Source: the human T2T-CHM13v2.0 reference genome, Homo sapiens
Assembly: GCF_009914755.1 (NCBI RefSeq)
Contig: NC_060947.1
Reading direction: 5' to 3' (one strand)
DNA: 64,000 bases
In this document: piece after piece, positions 31,622-45,691 of the stretch
How the letters are laid out: each line of letters starts with the position of its first letter
Position numbering within the stretch: position 1 is the stretch's first letter
Notes under the pieces: model-generated
Databases searched by the model: none
The model's input: only the letters and a program-made list of their open reading frames with translations
What the model was told of the DNA's origin: nothing
Translations under genes and position numbers: made by a program

Positions 31622-32813
31622 AGTCCCACAGACTTCTCTGTACAACGCAGAGTAATAGTTTAGGCAGCAACTTCTTGATCCTCAGTTTTGCCAGAGGCTG
31701 CAACCAGACCTGTGCTGGAACCACATTTAGAAACCAGTATGACAATGATATCATTGTCTGGAGCAGGATTCATCAAACTGAATATGCAATGGAAGCTGTT
31801 AAACAAGGTTCAGCCACAGTTGGTCTGAAATCAAAAACCCATGCAGTATTGGTTGCATTGAAAAGGGCACCATCGGAGCTTGCAGCTCATCAGAAAAAAA
31901 TTCTCCATATTGACAAACATATTGGTATCTCAATTGCAGGGCTTACTGATGATGGTAAACTGTTACGTAATTTTATGTGCCAGGAGTGTTTCGATTCCAG
32001 ATTTGTATCTGATAGACCACTTCCTGTGTCTTCTCTTGTATCTCTAATTGGAAGCAAGACCCAAATATCAACACAACAATATGGCTGGAGACCATATGGT
32101 GTTAGGCTACTTACTGCTGGTTATAATGATATGGGCCTCACATTTTCCAAACCTGGTCATCTGCTGACTATTTTGACTACAGAGCTACGTCCACTGGGGC
32201 CCATTCTCAGTCAGCTCGTACTTACTTGGAGAGACATATGTCTAAATTTATGGAATACAATTTAAATGAACTGGTTAAACATGGTCTGCATGCCTGAAGA
32301 GAGACAATTCCTGCAGAACAGGACATAACTACAAAAATGTTTCCATTGGAATTGCTGGTAATAATTTGGAGTTTACAATCTATCATGATGATGATGATGT
32401 GTCTCCAATCCTGGAAGGTCTTGAAGAAAGGCCACAGAGAAAGGCAAAGCCTGCTCAACCTGCTGATTAACCAGCAGAAAAGGCTGATGAACCAATGGAA
32501 CATTAAGTGATAAGCCAGCCTATGTATGTATTATCAAATATGTAATAATGCTGGAAGACATACTGATGATACTAATCATCAGTAGAATGGTGGTGGAATG
32601 GTATGTTTTAGGAATCAGTCCAGATGTGAGTTTTTTCTAAGCAACCTCACTAAAACCATATAATGGGGTACATTTTTCTTTGAGATGTCTATATAATCAC
32701 TTTCTAGAAAGTACAGGTATCTGTACTAATGTTTTTATATGAAAAAAGTAAGTGTCTTTGTGATTTTAAAGCCAACTGTAAAATAAAATTGTTTCACCTC
32801 CTGAAAAAAAAAA
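31622..32813 (+). pseudogene. PSMA1P1: Processed pseudogene of proteasome 20S subunit alpha 1 (PSMA1), antisense in BRWD3 intron ~20
   Basis: Intronless FRNQYDND...[25 protein letters not shown]...EPMEH*; start codon position reads ACA (31723); in-frame PQG deletion, frameshift near 32135, internal stops; AATAAA 32782, A10 tail; TSD gaaa(a/t)gtctgggttgcaa at 31604-31621 and 32814-32831. Symbol from recollection. Confidence 0.93.
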
Positions 32814-33027
32814 GAAATGTCTGGGTTGCAAGAATTTGCCCATTCATAATTTACGTATGCCACATTATTCAGAATTATTATAGGATGAAGCAAGACATTT
32901 CAGTCATATGTGTATATATAATGTGTGTTTATTTAGTTCTGCTCAAAAATCTAGAAAACTTTTTTAAAGTGCTAAGATATATAAGTGGATTTAATAATCT
33001 ATACTTTTGTTCATTCTAGATTAACAT

Positions 33028-33828
33028 TGAGGGCTAAACTCTGATCTTTTATTTCTCTTGCCCAAATTTCTATCTAAGAGGCCTTCTGCAGAGGTGGGCA
33101 TGGGAGGGGAGGTTCCATGCCTCACAAACGACAAAGTCTCATCAGAGGGGTTTTACTTAACCCTATATAACGTGTTTTAACTTTCCAATATGACTCTGGC
33201 ATAACATCATACAACAGAGAAAGAAGGAAATCAAAATATTTTAACCGCAAATATGTTTCTGTCATATCTTGAAATAGCCCTGTAAAGCTGTCTTAAAATC
33301 AACATTCTGTAGAGAATCCCTTTCTCTTTCCAGGCCTTTTTCCTGATCCAGGAGAGAATCAACCAAAAGTCTGGCACTTTTATTTAAGTCTGAAAAGAAA
33401 CATTTGCAACCTACTCTCTGTGAAAAAAGCTACCTAGAGGCTTCTTCTGCGTAATGAGAATCTCGGTCTCTAAAATTCCTTATCTAAACCCAGACATTTC
33501 CTTCCATTGATTCTAGGTCTTTAGACAATAACTCTTTCAACTAATTGCTAATTAGAAAATTTTTGAATCCACCTATGACCTGGAACCTCCTCCGTCACAC
33601 CCCCATGAGTTGTCCTGCCTTTCTGTACTAAACCAATGTACTGTCTTACATGTACTGATTGATGTCTTGTCTCTCTAAATTGTATAAATCCAACCAGTAG
33701 CCTGGCCATCTTAGGCATATGTTCTCGGGACTACTTCTTGAGACTGTGCATCCAGTCACTGGTCACTCATGTATGGCTCAGAATAAATCTCTTCAAATAT
33801 TTTATAGAGTTTGACTCTTTCATCAACA
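33028..33828 (+). mobile_element. MER4-family (MER4D/E-like) ERV1 solo LTR
   Basis: TGAGGGCTAAACTCTGAT start, AATAAATCTCTTCAAATATTTT...TCAACA end, flanks acat/gcat. Confidence 0.85.
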
Positions 33829-33953
33829 GCATTCTTAAGATTCTTAAGAGGTAAAAAGTATCTTTAGAATAAATTTAGTCCAATCTCCAACCCCCCACCT
33901 CTGAAATACAAAACTAGGTCCAGGAGAGAGTTGTTTAAAATAAAAATGAAATG

Positions 33954-35520
33954 CTCTCCCCTCTCCCCTCTCCCCACGGTATCCCTCTGATGCCGAGCCG
34001 AAGCTGGACTGTACTGCTGCCATCTCGGCTCACTGCAACCTCCCTGCCTGATTCTCCTGCCTCAGCCTGCCGAGTGCCTGTGATTGCAGGCGCGCGCCGC
34101 CACACCTGACTGGTTTTCGTATTTTTTTGGTGGAGACGGGGTTTCGCTGTGTTGGCCGGGCTGGTCTCCAGCTCCTAATCGCGAGTGATCCGCCAGCCTC
34201 GGCCTCCCGAGGTGCCGGGATTGCAGACGGAGTCTCGTTCACTCAGTGCTCAATGGTGCCCAGGCTGGAGTGCAGTGGCGTGATCTCGGCTCGCTACAAC
34301 CTCCACCTCCCAGCCGCCTGCCTTGGCCTCCCAAAGTGCCGAGATTGCAGCCTCTGCCCGGCCGCCACCCTGTCTGGGAAGTGAGGAGCGTCTCTGCCTG
34401 GCTGCCCATCGTCTGGGATGTGAGGAGCCCCTCTGCCTGGCTGCCCAGTCTGGAAAGTGAGGAGCGTCTCTGCCCAGCCGCCATCCCATCTAGGAAGTGA
34501 GGAGCGCCTCTTCCCGGCCGCCCATCGTCTGAGATGTGGGGAGCGCCTCTGCCCTGCCGCCCCGTCTGGGATGTGAGGAGCACCTCTGCCCGGCCGCGAC
34601 CCCGTCTGGGAGGTGAGGAGCGTCTCTGCCCAGCCGCCCCGTCTGAGAAGTGAGGAGACCCTCCGCCTGGCAACTGCCCCGTCTGAGAAGTGAGGAGCCC
34701 CTCCGCCCGGCAGCCGCCCCGTCTGAGAAGTGAGGAGCTCCTCCGCCCGGCACCCACCCCGTCTGGGAAGTGAGGAGCGTCTCCGCCCGGCAGCCACCCC
34801 GTCCGGGAGGGAGGTGGGGGGGCCAGCCCCCCGCCCGGCCAGCTGCCCCGTCTGGGAGGGAGTTGGGGGGGTCAGCCCCCTGCCCGGCCAGCCGCCCCGT
34901 CCGGGAGGTGAGGGGCACCTCTGCCCGGCCGCCCCTACTGGGAAGTGAGGAGCCCCTCTGCCCGGCCACCACCCCGTCTGGGAGGTGTACCCAACAGCTC
35001 ATTGAGAACGGGCCATGATGACAATGGCGGTTTTGTGGAATAGAAAAGGGGGAAAGGTGGGGAAAAGATTGAGAAATCGGATGGTTGCTGTGTCTGTGTA
35101 GAAAGAAGTAGACATGGGAGACTTTTCGTTTTGTTCTGTACTAAGAAAAATTCTTCTGCCTTGGGATCCTGTTGATCTATGACCTTAACCCCAACCCTGT
35201 GCTCTCTGAAACATGTGCTGTGTCCACTCAGAGTTAAATGGATTAAGGGCGGTGCAAGATGTGCTTTGTTAAACAGATGCTTGAAGGCAGCATGCTCCTT
35301 AAGAGTCATCACCACTCCCTAATCTCAAGTACCCAGGGACACAAACACTGCGGAAGGCCGCAGGGTCCTCTGCCTAGGAAAACCAGAGACCTTTGTTCAC
35401 TTGTTTATCTGCTGACCTTCCCTCCACTATTGTCCTATGACCCTGCCAAATCCCCCTCTGCGAGAGACACCCAAGAATGATCAATAAAAAAATAAAAAAT
35501 AAAAAAAACAAATAATAAAT
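33954..35520 (+). mobile_element. SVA retrotransposon (SVA_C-like), near full length
   Basis: Short CCCTCT head, antisense Alu-like region, GC-rich VNTR (~34350-34990), SINE-R, AATAAA 35483, A-rich tail; subfamily is tentative. Confidence 0.96.
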
Positions 35521-35599
35521 CTTAGATTACTTCTAACAACAGAAGGGAAAGGACTCAAAACAATCTACATACAAAAAGTAACAATTTAATTTTTGGAAC

Positions 35600-36543
35600 T
35601 GAAATCTAAACTCTGCTCTTTTGTTATTCTCTTGCTCAAATTCCTATCTCAAGGGTCTGGAGAGTCATGCCTTACAAACCATAGAGTCCCATCAGAGCGG
35701 TTTTATTTAACTCTATGTAACATGGCTTTACTTTTCCAACCTGACTTTGGCATAGCATCACATGACAGATAAAGAGGGGAATCAGAATATTTTAAACCCA
35801 AATGTTTCTTTGCCATATCTTGAAATAGCCCTGCAAAGTTGTCTCTTGTGGGGGAAAACCTACATTGTGCAGAGGACCCCCTTCAAGGGAGAATCAACTA
35901 AGAGTCTGGCATCTTTTTAAGTCCGATAACAAACATTTACAACCTATTTTCTCTGAAGTTTGCTACCTGGAGGCTTCATCTGCATAATAAGAATCTTGGT
36001 CTTCACAAACCTTCATCTTTTTTTTTTTTTTTTTTTTTTTTTGAGACGGAGTTTCACTCTAGTTGCGCAGGCTAGAATGCAATGGCGTGATATGGGCTCA
36101 CTGCAACCTTGGCCTCCAAGGTTCAAGTGATTCTCCTGCCTGCCTCAGCCTCCCGAGTAGCTGGGATTACAGACATGCACCACCACACCTGGCTACCCAA
36201 ACCCTTATCTTAATCCAGACATTCCTTTCTCTTCATTCCAGGTCTTTAGATAAAAACTCTTTCAACCAATTTCCAGTCAGAAAATCTTGGATTGGAAACT
36301 GACCTGGAAGCCCACCACCCACCTTCCAGTTGTCCTGCTTTTCTGCACCAAACCAGTGTACATTTTACATCTATTGATTGATGTCTTATGTATCCCTAAA
36401 ATGTATAAAACCAAGTTGTAGCCCGACCATCTCAGGCACAGAGTCTCAGGATCTCCTGAGGGCTGTGCCACGGACCATTGGTCACTCATTTTTGGCTCAG
36501 AATAAATCTCTTCAAATATTTTAAAATTTGATTCTTCGTCAAA
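35600..36543 (+). mobile_element. Second MER4-family solo LTR, interrupted by a truncated Alu
   Basis: Homologous to 33028-33828 but diverged; flanks ggaac/ggcac. Confidence 0.83.
36018..36195 (-). mobile_element. 5'-truncated Alu (right arm) inside MER4 LTR
   Basis: T tail + right monomer; degenerate TSD caaacc...atctt. Confidence 0.9.
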
Positions 36544-37398
36544 GGCACATAGACGCACACAAATTCATGCCATGTTTAATCCCTTATATCCCATTGAGGA
36601 TTATTTCTACTATTTGCGGACAATATAGAAGAAGAGAAATTGAGTAACTATGGATAACTTACCTGTAGTTGTAACAAGAATTGGCAGTATGTTCATTTAG
36701 TAAACAGGTCAAAATAGAGATTTAATTTTTAATGATTAAAATTTGAAGTGAAAACTATTTTATTCTAACCTTTACAAATATAAAACATTACTATTGATAT
36801 TCCATTTAGCTAAGCTGCAATCCTAGAATGTAATCAGGAGCCAACAAGTTTAAAAGTGTATGTAAATGTTTCACATTTTCAACCTAAGTAAAAATATCTA
36901 CAGACCTAAGTACCCTGTCCATTAGTCTCAGCCAAGTCTGATGTTTGATAAAATCAGCTTAGTAAGAAACATGAATAAAAATCAGTGTTCTGAGTCATTC
37001 AAAATCTCTTAAAAAAAAAAAAACTTACCAGAGAACAGCAAATAAACTAACAAAACAATAAAGTTAATTTCTTAACAATAAAAGTTAAGAAAGCAAACAT
37101 CAAAATGATCTAATATTTGCAGATATCCATTTGATATTTACCTAAATTTCTGTTTATCAATTATGGAAAAAAATGCAAATTCAGGGTCCATTACCTAGAT
37201 TTGTTTAACAACATCAAAATCATCCTAGACTCTTCAAATTACCACACTCTACAGAAATTATGGTTAAATTTGGGAACAAAACTATACATTTGGTGTACCT
37301 GAGAGTATTCTGCTTAGCAGTTTCTTTCTATAGTACATCACAATATACAGATCATATTTTGCTCCTAAATGATTTGGTAAGCCAGGAATGGGTCTAGG

Positions 37399-37620
37399 GT
37401 AGGGATCAGCAAACTTTTTCTGCAAAGGACCAAAGTGTAAACATTTTTTGGCTTTGCAAGTCATACAATCTCTGTTACAACTATTCAATTCTGTCTTACA
37501 GCCTGAAAGCAACCACATACAAGACATAAATAAGTGAACGTGGCTGTGTTCCAATAAAGATTAACAGAAATAGGTAGCAGAACTGATTTGGCCCATGGGC
37601 TATAGTTTGCCAATCTCTGG
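37399..37620 (-). mobile_element. MER58A
   Basis: cagcaaactttttctgcaaagg...ggctgtgttccaataaa...tagtttgcc. Confidence 0.8.
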
Positions 37621-37792
37621 CCTAGGATATCTGGATCATTTGTTTTACATTCTAATTAGTGATCTGGTAATATAGTTAAGGTTCTACTTTGATCATATAA
37701 AAATGGTTATTTTAATACAAATATCTTACACCTACAATGACCACATGTCCTAGATTTGGGGGGACACTCGACTTGTGACTTTGTTCTTATTA

Positions 37793-38059
<267 letters not shown>

Positions 38060-38129
38060 TCAAAGGTCAAAGTAACAGAAAATCAAGAAGAAAACCAATC
38101 ATTTAAGAATCAGATAATAAAAATACTTT

Positions 38130-38615
38130 TAAACATATAATTTGCCACTTGAACTATTTTTAAGCATATAATTCAGTGGCATCAATTACATTCAGAAAGT
38201 TGTGCAACCATTACCAGCATTTCCAAAACTTTTTCATCACTTCAAAGATAAACTCTGTGACCATTAAGCAATAACTCCCCATTTTCTCCTTCTTCCTAGC
38301 CCCTGAAAACCTCTAATCTATTGTATGTCTCTATGAATTTGCCTAGTCCAGATATTTCATATAAGTGGAATCATATAATATTTGTCCTTTTGTCTCTGGC
38401 TTCTTTTGCTTAGCATGTTTATCCACGTTGTAGCAGGTATCAGAACATCATTCTTTTCTGTAGCTGAATGATATGCCATTTTGTACATATACCACAATTT
38501 GTTTATCTATTCATCTGTTGGTGGACAATTGAGTTGTTTCTACAATTTGGTTATTGTGAATAATGCCACATTTAACAGTGGTATACAAATATCTTTGAGT
38601 CCCTGCTTTCAATTC
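38130..38615 (-). mobile_element. L1MB-like 3' end fragment
   Basis: catataagtggaatcatataatatttgtcc motif; boundaries approximate. Confidence 0.75.
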
Positions 38616-39369
38616 TGCTTTCTATGTTTTGAGTAAATAATCATTTACTCCAAAGACATTAATTATGTCTTTTTTTTTTTCTTATCACTGCTGCCTTCTT
38701 ATAGCAGAAAGCAGAAGAAAAGGAGAAACCAAATTAATTTTGCTATTTGTTGGTTGATCTGGTAAAAGGCTTGGTTAGGAAGATACTTGATTAAAATGAA
38801 TTGTACATATTCTCTGTAAATGTCCTTTCTCTTTTCTAAATCTATTTCCAGTTGCTGTGGAGTATCTGAAAGTTATTATTACAGCAAATGTCAGGGTTTA
38901 CAAATATGAATAGGGATTATAAGTTTGAAATTAATCCTAATGAAATTCTTTCACCCAATGAAGCCTACCTAAATGACATTTCTAAAGATACTCTAAGCAC
39001 TAGCATCTAACAAATAATTGTACTCCCAGGCTGCTCCAATGTTAGGGTCCATATATCACTCACATATTTAATTATGTAAGACCTCATGAGTTCTTAATAC
39101 TACTTGTATTCTTTTCTTCTAATCTAGGCTATAAACTCAGAACAGAGATAATGTTTTGCATTTTCAATATTCCCCAAAGCATTCAGCACAAAGCTGAAGA
39201 TGATCATTATTTGTTACGAAGTGAACTCACTGGAATAATATGGAAAAACTAATGCATGACTAAACTATATTTTAAAATTCCTCATTTACTAGGCTAACAT
39301 AGTACATTTCAATTCACTTCCTAAGAATAAAGCTTTAAATTTTTTTCTAAATGTTACCTTATTGACTCA

Positions 39370-39624
<255 letters not shown>

Positions 39625-41193
39625 CTAAATAAAACAGTAGATTCAAATATAGTACTGCTGTAAGAATTGCTATCCCTTTGTTCTATATTTTCTGTACCCT
39701 CCTTTGTGTTTTTCATATTGTTATAAATAAAGCAGGCACTCTTATTGAGAAATGTTTAAAATTTCTATAATTATTTTAATTTTTTTCAAAGTAGTTTCAC
39801 ATCTGACATCTACTAAATGCTCAATGAATATAAAAAAATGTATTCAACATGATTTGGAGATTTACAAATGTTTATTAGTACTAGTTCAGGAAGGAGCTTT
39901 TTGATCTAAATTCTATCTTTGTTCTCTCCATTACAGTGTTTCTAGATAAAACATCAATAAAACTTTCAAAAATGTTAAGATTCAAAGTGTAAATAAATAT
40001 TTTTTTAAATCAAAATTTCATTTTCAAGATTGATGAGCAACGAAAGAAAGAAAACAAAGTAACAGAAGTTTTACTTTTTAATACTCCAGAAAGGTTCATG
40101 TTATTTTTCTTATATTTACAAATAAAACACAAATGGAAACTGAAACATCCAACTGTTAAATGTCAGAAAAATTTCAAAACAAATCAATATTACAAATAGA
40201 AGTCAGTGGGGTCTCTTGACTAATGCCATTTCTAATCTGTCCACAGAAACCTAGTATTGACGGTACAACAGAATACAGATTTCATTAATGGATATTTAAA
40301 TCAGGGTTCTGAGAAAGTTTTATGTCTCAGGAATAAAGGGCCTGGATAGATAGGATTATCAGCCCACTTGTCATCTTGTTCTAGGTTCAGAAAAGCTTAT
40401 CTGAGTTAGGTGTTCAAGTAACCTAAATGAACTATTTTAATTTTATGAGATATTGAAGACATCAGGAAATGAGTAAAATACCCTGTGAATCACCACAAAT
40501 TTAAATCACCTTATTCATTTCCATGGAATCTAAAATGCAATGTTACACAGATAAATGACTCTAGTTACAAATATATGAAAAGAAATAAATCTGAAAAATC
40601 TCATAAGATGACTACATTTGAAAATAAAACTGATAGCTCTTGATACAAGCTAAAACTTATATAAAACTCAGATGCCCTGGCACGTTTAATGTAAAAGATA
40701 GGATAGAATATCATTTTAATATCATTTAAGGATAGAATATTCATTTTAAGATAATTAATTATACAATAACTTCTACTGGTATTAAGATCAAACTATTATA
40801 AAAGTTAATTCAGAAGCTGTATCTGTATTCCCTAAGAGTGCTTCTTGTCTTCAGTGTATTTTTTTTTTTATTCAAGAGAAGAGCATGGTATTCTGCTTTC
40901 CTCTCCACAAAAGAGGAATTGGTAGTAATTTCTAAACTTAAGGTAGTTTTAATTTTGAAAACTATATAGGTTGTTTCCTCTACAAAAGGGCTAGACTTAC
41001 CGTAGCACTTCACTTCTTAAAACAAATGTAAAGATTACAGATAAATTACTGAGTAAAAAGAAGACAGTGTATTAAAATGCATCACCTGTATTTCTCAGGA
41101 GACCTTAAGTCATTTTATCCACAAATGATGAGATTATGAGACTTCAATATATCTGATATCAAAATTGTAAATTAATAAAAAAGTTTTTATTTA

Positions 41194-41454
<261 letters not shown>

Positions 41455-41689
41455 TTAATAAGACCAGATACAAAGCCACAAAATTACTTACATTTTAGTA
41501 TACCTTAAACATAGTAAAAACAACCTATAAATTTCTACACAAATGATTAAAAACAGCATTAAACGTAAAATAAAGTATATATCAAATGAAACATTTGTAA
41601 ATATTTTTGATGTACTAGCTTATGTGTCTGACTTAACCAATGCTCCCAAATTAGACATTATTATGAGAGCCTTCTCATCTTTAAAAATA

Positions 41690-42763
41690 CAATCAAGTGC
41701 TGCATAACGACATTTCAGTCAAAGATAAACCACATATACGACGGTAGTCTCATAAGATCATAATGAAGCTGAAAAACTCTTATTGTTTAGTGACATCATA
41801 GCCTTCACAGTGCAATGCAGTACTCACGTTTGTGGTGTTATTGGCATAAACAAACCTACTGCACTGCTAGTTATATAAAAGCATAGCACATATAATTATG
41901 CACAGTACATAATATTTGGTAATAAATGACTATATTACTGTTTTATGTATGCACTATACCATACTTCGTATCATTTTGAAATGTACTCCTTTTAATTATT
42001 AAAAAAAATTGCACTGTAAAACAGCCTCAAGAAGGTCCTCCTGGAGGTATTCCAGAAAAAGGCATTGTTAACCTAAGAGATAACAGCTCCATATTGCCCC
42101 GGAAGACCTTCCAGTGGGACAAGCAAGATGTGGAGGTAGAAGACAGGGATATTGATAATCTTGACTCTGTGTAGACCTAGGCTAATGTATGTTTGTGTCT
42201 TAACTTTTAAAAAGTTTAAAAAGTAAAACAATAAAAATTTTAAAAATAGAAAAACCTTATAGCATAAGGATATAAAAATATTTTATACAGCTGTACAATG
42301 TATTTGTGTTTTAAGCTAAGTATTACTACAAAAGAGTCGAAAAGTTAAAAAACAAACAAACAAACAAAAAACCAAAAAACCTAAAAAGTGTTTCCAGTAA
42401 GCTAAGGTTAATTTGTTACTGAAGAAAGAAAAATATTGTTTATATACATTTAGTGTAGCCTAAGTGTACAGTGTTGATAAAGTGTACAGTATTGTATAGT
42501 AATGTTCTAGGCCTTCACATTCAACCACTCACTCACTGAATCACCCATAGCAATTTCCAGTCCTTTAAGCTCCATTCCATGGTAAGTGCTTTATACAGTC
42601 ATACCATTCTTAATCTTTTATACCATATTTTTCTGTACCTTTTCTGTCTAGATATGCTTAGATATACAAATATGTACCATTGTATGTATAACTGTCTATG
42701 GTATTCAGTGCAGTTACATGCTGTACAGGTTTGCTGCCTAAGAACAACTAGCTATGCCATATA
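41690..42763 (+). mobile_element. Tigger3b/MER7, truncated at right end, opposite orientation to the 27306 copy
   Basis: gcataacgacatttcagtca...catatacgacggtagtctcataaga start. Confidence 0.85.
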
Positions 42764-43647
42764 AGAGTTTTGAGTAAGGTTTGAACAAGTTTAACCACAG
42801 ATACCTAAAATGCTTTGCTTCCTTCTTTTGTGAAAATTTCCTTTTTGAAAGAAGTCGAAATGATGATCTTTCAACTATTACTGTCTTTTGATAACATTTT
42901 AGTGTTTTAATGAGTACAAAATTTTTATATACACTGAAACTTAATGATTATTTCTGAATGAAAATGTTAAATCTTTTTCTTTCTTAAGTATATCATAGCC
43001 CTGGTTTTCATCTTGTCCTCTAGTCAGATTTGACAGAGTAACCAAGTGATCAGATCTTACAAGAAATGTACAAGAAATAAAGTCTGATAAATTAGACTTT
43101 CTTATTCATTTCTTTTCAAGTTTATCTCCCATTTAATTAATATTCACACCTTTTCTCCTTGGCTAATAAATATGACATCATCACAGTAACTACAAGCACA
43201 TGTGTAATACCATTTCCCTGCTCTACAACCTTTATGAGCAAGAACATAAAAGGACGTGCAGCATTTCACTCCATTCAAGCCTTAATTCCCTAGCAATGAT
43301 ATGAAATTCTACTTGCAAATCAGTAACTTACTAGCTCATACCTGAAGACAACCTACAAGTACCAAAGTAAGATATGAAGGCATTTTAAGTGGGGGTACAG
43401 GGCAGTATAAATAATGGAAATATGCTAACCAGAAGAGAATAAATTGCTTTGATAGAAAATAGCTTATTCCAATGTTTTATTCTACTATCTTCCTATCATA
43501 TATCACATTCATCTCTGCTTTTCCAATATCTCCCAAGACTGAGTGTTATTTAAATAGTCACATCCTCTTACCCTACACCCAATAACTCTTTGCATTTCAA
43601 ACACGAGGATAGGTAAATAGCTACCTCCAGCTGCGGGGTAGGGGTTG

Positions 43648-43944
43648 TTTTCTTTTTATTGAGACAAGAGTCTCACTCTGTCGCCCAGTCTGGAGTGCAG
43701 TGGCGCAATCTTGGCTCACCGCAACCTCTGCCTCCTGGGTTCAAGCGGTTCTTGTGCCTCATCCACCCAAGTAGTTGGGATTACAGCCGTGCACCAACAC
43801 CCCCAGCTAATTTTTGCATTTTTTAGTAGAGACAGGGTTTCACCATGTTGGCCAGGCTGGTCTTGAATGCCTAACCTCAAGTAATCCACCCGCCTTGGCC
43901 TCCAAAAGTGCTGGGATTACAGGCGTGAGCCACCGCGCCTGGCC
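43648..43944 (-). mobile_element. AluS
   Basis: Reverse full dimer. Confidence 0.93.
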
Positions 43945-44290
43945 AGTCTGTGGTTTTTCAAAGTTTCCTCTTCTTAGCTTAATTAACTATGAACTCTCAA
44001 ACCAAAATACCAATACGATAAGCAGTGGAATTCCATCAGTTATAAAAGCTTTTACTACAACTCCATACTATAGAAAACAACAGCTTCATACATATATAAG
44101 GTTTTCTAAAGAAACAGGTCAATACATTATCTGCTTGATGCTTATGTTTGTCCTAACCCACTTATCTGTGTCCAGGTGAGATAAACGATGAAAAAGTACT
44201 ATGCTAAGGTAAAAACAACTGAAAATAAACAGTAACAGAAGATGAAACATATTATAACCTACTCCAGAGTTTAGCAGGAGGCATACATCA

Positions 44291-44599
<309 letters not shown>

Positions 44600-45343
44600 T
44601 TAGTGGGTTAACATACACAGGGAATTTATAAGTAAATACTTGTTTTCATTCCTTGAGCACACTCATTTTTTAAATCAGAGAATCTTTTGCATACTCTTCT
44701 AGTCCTTTGTTGCCCTGTATTCCCTTTAGGTAGAAGAGAATTGAATTACCTAAATGGTAATTCTCTTTTCTCCACAAAATCCTATAATCTGTATTAATTT
44801 TTAGACATATCATATTTCTTCTATTATGATAAGAAGAACTAAAGCAACAACCCAGTAGATATAGTTGGGCGTTTGTATTGAAGTTGTAAAAATTACACAA
44901 ACCTATGTAATTACATTTTTCTTGCTTATTTTTATTCAAATGAAGATAGATGAAGTATAATACATATGGTAAAACAGGTAAATATCAATCACATCAAAGG
45001 CACTCAAACCTGATATTAATGCAATTATTGAGCTGACCTCAATGCTTGAGTTCTCTTTCAACTCTAAGATTCTATAATCTTTCTCAAATTCACAGCTAAT
45101 AAAACATAAAGACCAATTAAGTTAGCTCCCAAAGTATTTCAACAGGATCAATAATAAGTAAAATAGTAAAACAGCCACCTAAGAAAATAAAAATATTCAG
45201 TCACCAGCGGTTTATTCCCAATTCATGAGAAGTAGAAGATGTGATGTGTTAGAATTACTCTCCTATTATACCTGGAAGGCAGGTATAATATACGCAAAAG
45301 GATTTCCTAAGGAATGTTTATATCTTCATCACCCTATAACTTA

Positions 45344-45403
45344 TCTCTATTGTGATCTGCACAGCCAAACCTAAGGTTCTGGCAGTGCAGATCACAATTG
45401 AGA
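45344..45403. other. 60-nt near-perfect inverted repeat (hairpin)
   Basis: tctctattgtgatctgcacagccaaacc-taa-ggttctggcagtgcagatcacaattgaga; ~28-bp stem with 2 mismatches and 1 bulge. Confidence 0.9.
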
Positions 45404-45514
45404 ACCTTTACTAAGAAAGACAACTTTCTTTTATTTTGTATCTATTGACACATAACAGCCCTTATTAACTGGAGGGCTTTAAACAAAATTTGTGAATGAC
45501 ACAATCCTAAATTA

Positions 45515-45691
<177 letters not shown>

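Noticed and set aside
31675-32265. 196-aa ORF as a functional proteasome subunit
   Set aside because: Begins at TTG in the copied 5'UTR, true ATG is lost, and it frameshifts out of PSMA1 homology; processed pseudogene
34030-35480. Many overlapping GC-rich ORFs
   Set aside because: Stop-poor SVA VNTR, Alu-like and SINE-R sequence
33028-36543. Single MER4 provirus with two LTRs
   Set aside because: No internal ERV sequence or PBS seen between them, the LTRs are clearly diverged, and each appears to have its own flanking duplication
38624-38672. Overlapping short hairpins (gagtaaat/atttactc; aaagacat/atgtcttt)
   Set aside because: 8-bp AT-rich stems are expected by chance
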